A stretch of DNA of 57,520 bases, filler included, from Callorhinchus milii (Eukaryota), in the NCBI RefSeq assembly GCF_018977255.1. It is 2 parts of 2 records of this genome, joined end to end, with 100 filler letters (N's around TTAATTAATTAA, not from the genome) between each part and the next. Parts side by side here need not be neighbours in the genome. Positions count along the whole stretch, not along the records: positions 28,828 to 57,520 come from NW_024705668.1; 1 more part is not named here. The stretch is one strand, 5' to 3'. Under the pieces are notes generated by a model that did not search any database, was not told where the DNA came from, and saw only the letters and a program-made list of their open reading frames with translations. This document shows, in pieces, positions 48,243 through 57,520 of this stretch. Each line of letters begins with the position of its first letter. Within the stretch, counting starts at the first letter, position 1. A program made the position numbers and the translations under genes.

Positions 48243-48303
48243 ACATCATGGGACCTCCTTTGCCAGTATATTTTTGGTACTGGCAAAGGAGGTCCCATGA
48301 TGT
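48243..48303. repeat. Perfect 26-bp inverted repeat with 9-nt spacer; third copy at 47917-47950
   Basis: ACATCATGGGACCTCCTTTGCCAGTA / TACTGGCAAAGGAGGTCCCATGATGT. Confidence 0.9.
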
Positions 48304-48360
48304 AGCTACTATAATGCAGAACGCACATGTTATAACACAGAACGCACCCGTTATGACATG

Positions 48361-48390
48361 NNNNNNNNNNNNNNNNNNNNNNNNNNNNNN
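48361..48390. other. 30-N gap
   Basis: Run of N. Confidence 1.
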
Positions 48391-51300
48391 CCCAGGAATT
48401 GTATCAGTCAACATGGCAAGCACAGCTCGTCGAAGAGTAGGGATGCGACGTCGGACATCCAAAAAGTGACCGGAAAACCTATTTTGTGAAGTCCTTACGC
48501 GACACCGACACTCGCAGGCTTAACTCCATATCCAGCTCACTAGAACACCCGTTCGAGACCCTTTCCAGATAGCCGGTTTAGGTACAAGCCCCACGTCTAA
48601 CAAGATACATCTATGGAACGGAGAATGTCCTTGTTCCGCACGTATGCTAAAGATCTGCACAATAAGTAGAGTAGGGTTCTGTAGTCGCCGCTTCCGTAAC
48701 GGAGGACTTGCGCCCCTTCCATCCCGACCGCGTGCACCGCGGGCTGGCCAAATACAGGGTGTTGTAAGTTGTTTTATTGGTCATGGGAAAGACTGCGGGT
48801 GGGCGAATCCCGGTGGTGTTTAAAGGCGGGATCCTCTATCGCAACGGTATTGATGCAACAGGATAGGGTGCGAGATAACGGAAGCAGTTGTATGACTGAT
48901 TCGAGCTCGGGACGCAACAGGGATGCTCTGAGCTCTGCGGCTGGCTACTTGGCCCGAAATTCAAGTGTCACGAATGCCGACAATGTGACAAATGACATAA
49001 AAAAACAGACGAATAAGTTTCTTCACTTTAAGGACGTGGCTTCTGATGCGCATAAACTGCGAGGGAAAGTCGTTTCTACAGCGGACCGGTCTTGGCTTCC
49101 AGACGGATGGAAAGTAACTCGGGTCTGAGCGGCGATATGACCTGACTCTCACTTGAGCACTATTCCTAGAGCTAAGCGTTATCATATTCCAAGATGGCAG
49201 TCCTTGCGCAGCCAGCACTACACTTTTTGACCAACAATTGCGGGTCATAAGTTCATTACCAAACATGCCGACGTTCGATACCGGGGTGATTTCCGCAATT
49301 GACAGATGTCCCGATTTCAAGTAGCCGAAGGGGCACTGAAGGCTCGAACGTTCGCTACAGGCTCTCTGAAAAATGCCTACGTAGGATCACTAGGCGCTAT
49401 AGTGTTGATCCGAAGACGAGCATATACACTCATTGGTTGGTCACGGAAGCGGCCTAAATGTCTTAGAACGAAGGTTAAGCTACGATAATAATCAGTAACG
49501 CTGAGATAAGACGCTATTTTTATAGGTTTTGGGGACTAGCGGTGGCCAAGACGCTAAAACCATTTATTTCTTTGTAGAAGTGCGAATAGGCCCTCTTCGG
49601 TAATCTATTGTTGGTCTATGCAGGTATCACAGCGACTGATCATAATTTGCTCAACCTCCCTAGACACCGAAGGAAAGTCATCCGCCTCTGATTGCAGCCG
49701 TGCCCTCCAGTAGTGGCACTAAAATGCGCAGTCACCGTACATTAGGGTAGATGTAGGCATTTCTTCAAATATTTGGATACGCACATAAGCTTCTAGCGAC
49801 TCAAGTACTCGTATGCCGCTCCTATTAATCAGGGCAGCTAATCGCTACGATTGTCTCACACACCCAGACGGGCACTTACATGTTCTTACAAATGATATAG
49901 CGATCTTTAATGACAGCCGACAGAAGATCTAGCCCCTGGCTGGAGCGTAACACCAGTAGTAGGTGGCGTTGCAACATAGATGGGCGGTAAAGCGAGACCG
50001 TTTAGATCTTTTTTCTAGGACCTGTGCCACGTACGGTAAGAATCATTAGTCCGCGGTACTTAAAGCGAAATTACCAAAGGACGAGCTTGGGCTGCTGGGG
50101 AATGGTTAGCAATCATCGCCATTGCTTTTTACCACGAAGCACTATGCAGGAACACAAAACGATTGCGCACTGCACGATATCAGTCTACCACCGTGGTGTT
50201 CAAATACGAAAATGCATATCTTTGACCAGAGAGATTCATTTACTACCTACCTGCTTCTTAGTACGCACCAACTTCGGCACTGTTCTGTAAATACTTGAAG
50301 TAATATGCTAGCACTGTATTTATGGTAGCAGGTAGTTAAGCTCACCGGCAATCCACTTCGACCTGCCGGAAAGTGCGTGCTCCTGCGCACATGGATATTC
50401 ACGTTCGGCCATAATGCGTTCTTCAATTGACAAGCGGCTATCTATTTGAGATACGCTTTGATTCCTGTGACGGCGTCGCAGTACCAATGCACTACACTTC
50501 AGGTGAGAGAATATCGTCTAGATTTGTTCTCAATTTTGGATAAGTCTGTGCAAAAATCAACCTCCCGCTTCTTAATTGTCTCAGCTCGTTACAGGACGTC
50601 TTTCAGACTTTCTGCATTATTAGCCCACCGCTGTTTCTTTTAGGTGGATGAATCTCTCTGAGCCTCATATTAGTCCACGATCACGTTCCGCGTGGCAAGG
50701 GTGACTAAAAACTTGACAACCCAGCAACTAGATGTAGGTATACGTAATGGTGTGAACCTGCATACTGGCAGAATAATTAGGTGCCAGTATATCCACGGTG
50801 CATAGGTTTCGAGGGACTAAACTGACTAAGTGCAAGATTTCACTCAGTACCTGTACAGAACGGATGAACGTTCATGCGGCTCACGCATAAAGGGCAGCTG
50901 TATTTCGTGCGAAATAATCCGTGGAGTTGCTCTGCGCGGCTTGTACAGCAAGAAGCACGCTGACGATTTGGTGACATGCGTTCCTCGGATTAAGTTATCT
51001 ATTCCCATGGTAATCCAGCGGAGAAGCCCTATGCCTTCCACAGCGCATAATGTCAGCCATGGAAGGTACGGTACAAGCTCACGAGCTAATTTGAGAATAC
51101 CGCCGCGGTGTGCTTAAGCTCTATAGATTTGCGCGGGACACTTAGCACGTTGTTACTCAATTGTATGCAGTCCAAATTGTAAAATTTATGAGCATTTCTA
51201 CATCCTCGGCGAGTATCATGTCTTAAGTCTAAGAGCAACCGCACGGTTGGGTTTCATGTGGAACCATGAGTATCCCGGTGTCTACCACATGTGGAAACGT

Positions 51301-54300
51301 TCTGTGAGAACAGCAATGACCCTAACCTATATGAGGCACACGAATTGCACCGCAAAGGGGAGGCGCAGCCCCCAAAGTTGCTGAGGATACCGCTCTACCT
51401 CCTGATGGCGTGGTCTAACCTAGGCGTCGGGTCTCACTTATTACTATTGCATCGCCCCATGATAAGATGCGGGAAAACCGTCTAAAATAGCCTCAAATCC
51501 CCGTGTCGTCTGGCTCCATCTAGAGCACGTCGTCGCCTCGACCCAAGATTTCGAAATCAGTCACACCCAAAGATTTCCACTCCCCCACCAGCGACGGCTG
51601 TCGAGCTTGTGGTCTCTGACTTTCAGTACAAGCATAGGTGCTCTGTAACCCCTCTACGCCCACGGCGTTCGTACGAACCAGTGACGGCGTGTATCAGCGG
51701 ACTCGGTGACTGTTTCGCCTCTAATTGGGCGAGTAGGGTTGTTGTTTACATCAGCTGGTTGTCTATCGGTTCTCCTCTAGAACTACCGAACTATATGCGT
51801 CACTCTTTGTGAATTCAAGGACTATGTCCTGATGATAAGCGAGGATGCGTCGGCGACCCCGTTTAGGATGCTTTAAAGGGAGATCAAGACATGAATCGAA
51901 GTGCTATCGTCCGGTAGAATCCGATTGATGTGTTAGTGGGCCTGGATTTCCGTAAGTTCGTATTTGCGAAGATTGGCTTGGCCAGACGTTTTCAAACGTT
52001 TCAGAGGCCCTATTGGATCAACCTACCATTTGGTGGCATACGAAATGCACCCCCACTTTAGAGCAGCAACGCACTCAGGGATTAAAACACAACTCACCAG
52101 GGAATAAGCCCTGCAAACACAGTAATGGGTTGTCAATACACGCCAAATCTCCGAGTCCGAACTGAGGGGCCTTAAATTGACAACCATTGGACCGGTGAAA
52201 CCATAGGACGCTTAACCGGTCCCAATCTCTCTGCTCGCTGGAAGAAGAACTTCTTTAGGACCTCTGCGCATAACCTGCCCGGCGTCAGGTTATTTAGGAC
52301 CTTCCCCTCAGATTAACTAGCAAGTAACAATTATCATTCGACCCAGATCCGACGTAGTCTAAAGAAGGAAGTGGTGGCCTGTTGCGTGCTACATGATAAT
52401 TGACGGCCATGGGCCCTTCACCTCTGTGCCGTATAGGCCTGTCCGGACGTTTACAAATCTGTAATCTAATCGGCTCTATAGCATCATTAAATCTCGATCA
52501 CCGTGGCAACAAGAAAGCACGTGAGTATCGAGCGCAGTGGACCGTTTCTTAAGTCTATTGTCGGGGATTCATTGAGCCCACAGGATCGTCTAACTGATGA
52601 TTCCCCGACTCACCGCTCAAGGAGACTGCTGACCCCCCGAATACTCCATATGCAGATCTTAGCGATGGAGACCTAACGCTCCCCGTACCTCCTAATACGC
52701 TGGCATGAGATATGGGAAAAGAGCCTCGCAGGAACCGTCGATTCACCTAAGACAAGTACTCGAAAGGACCAACTAGCGCCAAGTTAGTCTGTTATCTCAG
52801 AGGCGGCTGGCGCTTCAGGTGAGCACCTTCTTCAACGCCGATAATTAGCATTGGCTCGTGTGACGATTCAGCTAAACAACTTGGCGGGTTTTACTGCTGT
52901 TACTCTTAGTGGTACACTTAGCCAGCCAGGGCCGAAAAGACTGTTAGACGGTCTAGTCCACCGTCCACCGAGGTTCTAAACTTGTGTTCCGTTTCTCGGC
53001 CTGTCTGTACATGAAGCCCTCGAGAGGGGAATACGACATGTTTCACGACTACTGCTTTAGAAGGATGCGTCTGAAGGTAATCTGATGGTTTCGCAGTGCG
53101 CATAGCAACTTGGAGAACCTTTACCAAGAACCCAAATTAGCCTTGTGATGCTCAGTCTATATTGTTGGGAGGTCAACACGAACTCAAATATCTACAGCAT
53201 GAACAATCCGTACAATCCGAGACCTGTGTGATTAGTGCCCGTGCCCAAAGGGCACTTCGAAGAGGGCTCCTGCACCAACGATTCTTGGGTCCGTGTCGTA
53301 CTGCACAGGAAATTAACTACAAGCGGCCGCCTGGGTGTTTAGATCACCCGGTGGCGAAGCGTGGCGTGTTGCGCCGTCCCGGGGGTCCTAAAGAAGATAG
53401 TATCGACGATTATGTTGCTCTAGCTGTCGACGCTGGTTTAAGAAGCCTTCTACGCCAATAGGGCTTTCTAGGGGTCCATCCGTCCACATTCCTTCACCCG
53501 CTCTCGGTCACAACGCACTATTCTGGGGACCAGAAAATGCGACCCACAACAGTACATAAGAGTCAGTGTATCCGTATTCCCAGTATTTTGTCAATGCTAG
53601 TATCAATGTGCACTAGGTCTATCTAATATTACGAAGAAAGTACTGCGGCTGCGCCTCAGGTTCAAGCATCAAAACTCTGATATTCATAAGGGAGCGTCGG
53701 ATACACCACGTTATTTGGATTACGGGAATTATAGGTCTATCTTAATAGGCGTGCTTTTCTATATTAATAAAAGCTTCGCACACGACTGCCATATAATTGA
53801 GTAGTGGCTATCAGGGCAATAACTTGGCCAGGGTCCTCAGAGTGGAGGGCAATAGAGCGCACTCTGCGTACTTGAACGCGAGGATTATGCTACAGATCGG
53901 AGCTAACATTAGAGATGGACGCCAATTGCGTTAAGGGACTTTTAAATCCCGATACATAGCAAAATGCCAGCGCATTCTCAGCGACCATACTTCATACCGG
54001 TGTAGACTTGTATTATCGCAGTAAGGTGCGACAGGCGTGAGGGCGCAACGTGAGGCAGCGTCTTGGGCACAGGCAGGGGGGATCCCTCAGTTAGACGAGC
54101 GCAGGGAGACCCATCGCAAAATTTTATACGGTCCTATGCAACGAGCCATCTCAAAACTAATTGCAACGCCCGATTGTCCAAAATAAGCAAGCCTATGATT
54201 GCCAAGTTCCTTTCTGATACCTGGGTATGAGTGAACACATAAAGGCCATGTCGATGGCAGTACTCCTTTGAAGTCTTCTCACCGCAAAGGGGAGAGGCAC

Positions 54301-56900
54301 GTGACAACTGTGGCGCTAGGTTATGGGTCAGCGCACTGAGACTTGATAACGATTAAACCCAGGGTATTTGTACTCTATTGCGCATGATAGGTATAAAGAG
54401 GATAAGACTGGAGTAGCCATCAGCCCGAAGGTTATTGACATGCACCATATCCAATCGCTTCAAATATGGGAGACGCTCTTCATCGACTCTATTTTTTGAG
54501 CTAGTGTGAAAAGCTAAAAGTTAACATGCCTTAACGCACAAGCAACGAATCTACGTCGACCCCATGTCAGCGCACTCTGAACGGTACCGGCGTGGAGCAC
54601 CCTACAGAAAGTCTGTTGGGAGTGACATGTGCGACAGGAACCAGGGCAAGTGATCTTAATTTTAAGACGATCCTACTCAAGGCACTCGGAAGTCGTTCAT
54701 TCCTTATATTAGATTAGCTGCTGTTGCAGGTCTGTTGCCTAAAAGAACAGACGATAAGGTACTTCTCCCGTGCAATACTGGGTTAAGCACAGCAATTTGA
54801 CTTTCAGTACTTCCCCGTGCTAGAGGTCATCCACGCAAGTCAGCGGTTGGGTGAAGCTGGTCCCTATGTCCACACTACGGGTAGAATGCGTTGCGCCAAC
54901 ATACGATGTACAAGATTCAGCAACTGCTCCAACGCAGAAGTAAGGAGATCGTGCAGCGATGAGCACGTTGGGACTACAAACAAACTGTTCCTCGCTGGGA
55001 TTTGCGCGGGTGACCACTTTGTTTAACGAATCCTCACCAAACGAGTCTGCTAAGGCGCAAAAACTAACAAGTGGAGAGTCTTGCGTCTTTTCCGGTAGCA
55101 GCCTTTGGTGACAGAGAATGTAAGTCACTACCTACTCTGTCGCGCGAGGTCCATCGAGAGCAAGTTGGCTTTAAATTCAGAACCCTGCGAGCAGGCCCTG
55201 CTCCTAAGGGGACGCGCAAGGAAAAGCCAGATTGCCATTGTCACATTCATCCATCTAGTAATAGAGTCATCACACGCGCACCGGGATTGATTTACAAATC
55301 ATCGTGACCCCGTGACGGTCAGGTATGTTTTAGGAAACCCTCCTTTGGATGTGTCCCACAAGTGGAAGTGTTGCGTAGTTCTCCAGAGCGTGTTTAACTC
55401 TCGAGAAAACATACGTACAATCTTGGTTGCGAAGTTTGAGCTAAAGCACATGTTTAGATTCCGAGACGCTCGTGAACCGTTGAAGTGCCAATCCGGGTAG
55501 CCGATGAACCCGAGCTCGGTATAGCCCTAGCGGCTAGATTATGGACCTAGCGGCCAAAACCCCTACTTCTTAAAGAGACAAGATTAACGCCAGGGTCGTA
55601 AGCGCCTTGTTCATCCAGACGTACGGCAGACTATCGAATCTGTGCTAATATGGGTGAAGATAATGTAGCCTCGCAACGGTATTCAGCCAGTCTTAATTCT
55701 GCTCCCGTTGTTACACAGACTACGCAGAGCGACTATTCAGCAGACATCGGCCGAGTGTCTGCCCCTACTACAGCTGCATACCACAGCATTGAAAGTCTCA
55801 AAGATTTCTTATAGCGACTTCAGAATCCCACCCGCTGTGGTATGGTCGCCAATATGAAGAATAGTTTGCTCCCTTTTGTAGCTTCCGTAAGGTACACAAA
55901 CCAGATCCCCGGCATTAAAGGTTGGAGTACTAGGCACGCGGAGTGGTAGCCAAGCCAACTTTCTCCAGCGCCCATAACGGGGACAACCGTTAATGAATTT
56001 TGACCTTCGACCCTCTGGATGTCTAATTCGCGAGACTTAGTCACTATGTCGTCAAGTCATGGCACGGTTTCAGAAAGGTGAAAAAATTACGCGCCAAATT
56101 CTCTCCTACTACCCAGGTACCCCCCGACTTAACATTGCTGTAACTTGAAAAGGCTCTATGGCGGCGACCAACTATGTCCCCATTCGGATGTGGAGTATGA
56201 GGTGTTGTACAAGCCGTCACGTTATAGGTTGGCTCCAGTGTTACGGCATTGCATTAGTAGGTTTAGCCGTGTCTGTGGGTCTTAAAAAAAACCGCCAACT
56301 AATGAGGGGCGTACAACTGGGAACATGCGGCCAAAATGCTTAACTCACATTACGAGGTAACAGGGTGTATTAGTTAGCTTTCACAATCAATCTTGGCCAC
56401 CTAACAACACCATTAGAGATCGGGCCTGGAATCTCCAAATCCGCGGAAACCATAAGGACTTGTTAGTGGACACTGCGCTAGAGGACAAAGTTGCACGGGG
56501 TGGACAACTTGCCATTCTTGGGTCCAATCTTCACGTTTACTGACATCTGAGTAAGTGAGCACGTGCAATATTTAAGGAGTTTGTCTCCAGAAGTTAGCAT
56601 GCGACCGTCAGCCCGTCAGTTGAGCGTGGACAATTAGACCCAAGCCGAAACATAACGCATAAAAATGAATGTTTAAAACTCACCCACTCATATCTGCCCC
56701 CATTATAACGCGGCGTCATCTATGGCCTCGTCACATTGGCCTTAATGGACGCGTGGTGATGGTGAAAGATGATTCGGCGGTGGACACTGAATTACCAGAG
56801 CCCCAATTAACATTCCGGTGACACGGGGCACGGTACGTGAAGAACCTCTTATGTCCTGTAAGCAGACTTCTCTGCGTGGGATAGTTAACACCTCTCAATG
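48391..56900. other. Featureless, random-like sequence block (right boundary approximate)
   Basis: Even base usage, abundant CG/TA/CTAG, no microsatellites or recognisable repeats, longest listed ORFs 119 aa with no motifs. Confidence 0.7.
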
Positions 56901-57426
56901 CACAGACAACCGCTAACGCAGCCTCGCCTGCCGGAGGAGCTCGCTGATGATCGGACAGTGTTCAGATCTCTCAAGGATCTGTGAGCTACTCGCACACAAA
57001 GATCTCCGTGTAGCCTTTAACAGACTGTTGGGGCAAGTGCTTTACAACATCATCAAAGGGGCGCTGCAATACGATGCAATCAAAATCACCGATCATAGAT
57101 TTGCCCATATATGGTCTTTGTTGATTGTGAATCGATACTAATTGTATTGATTCCACTCAGTCGATAGAGCAGCAAGCTCAAAATGTCCGATTTTATCTGA
57201 AATTTTCTGCGTTTCACAGATCATACAAAGCAACGGTATTGATGCCTGATTTGTATGTACTTTTTATTTTTTTAAAAATGCATGTAGTCTATCAGACTTT
57301 TGTATTAAATCGCTCTGCAAAAAGTCATTTTGTATGCTAATAAATCAATGTTATGCTAATGCTAAATTTCATCATAGCCACGACTCGGTTTACTCCGATG
57401 TGCAATGTCATCTTTATCTCGATCCT

Positions 57427-57520
57427 GTGAGTGTACGTGTGTGAGTGTGTACGTGTGTGTGTACGTGTGTGTTTGTACGTGTCTGTGTACGTGTGTGTAC
57501 GTGTGTGTGTACGTACGTAC
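57427..57520. repeat. (GTGTAC/GT)n simple repeat
   Basis: Direct inspection. Confidence 0.9.

Noticed and set aside
50762..50791. 9-bp hairpin ATACTGGCA/TGCCAGTAT and similar short stems in the random-like block
   Set aside because: About one such stem is expected by chance in 8.5 kb
48769..56343. Short ORFs as a viral or bacterial operon
   Set aside because: All 119 aa or less, sparse, on both strands, without recognisable motifs or gene-dense organisation

Overview
A eukaryotic (vertebrate) window that is almost certainly a concatenation of unlinked pieces. (1) 1-28727 looks like cartilaginous-fish DNA. It has a dispersed tRNA cluster: intact Gln-CTG and Leu-CAG, a variant Gln-TTG, and Asp/Ile/Thr pseudogenes, one split by an L2 insertion. 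It also has two two-exon GPR139/142-like GPCR genes (one a pseudogene, one lacking TM6 in frame) and many tRNA-SINE, L2 and CR1 fragments. (2) 28728-28827 is an artificial 100-nt spacer (N44-TTAATTAATTAA-N44). (3) 28828-48360 looks lamprey-like (inference). It has satellites, a ~20-finger C2H2 zinc-finger gene with a 9-copy tandem array of V-SINE Pol III heads in its putative intron, two Penelope-like retroelement fragments, a Tc1 (D34E) fragment, and a multi-exon divergent DYRK-family kinase on the minus strand. (4) After a 30-N gap, ~48391-56900 has no recognisable features and reads like random or shuffled sequence. Natural-looking sequence resumes near 56900. I found no convincing novel multi-gene system; the best leads are listed as findings. 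Taxonomic and family assignments come from recalled consensus motifs, not database searches.
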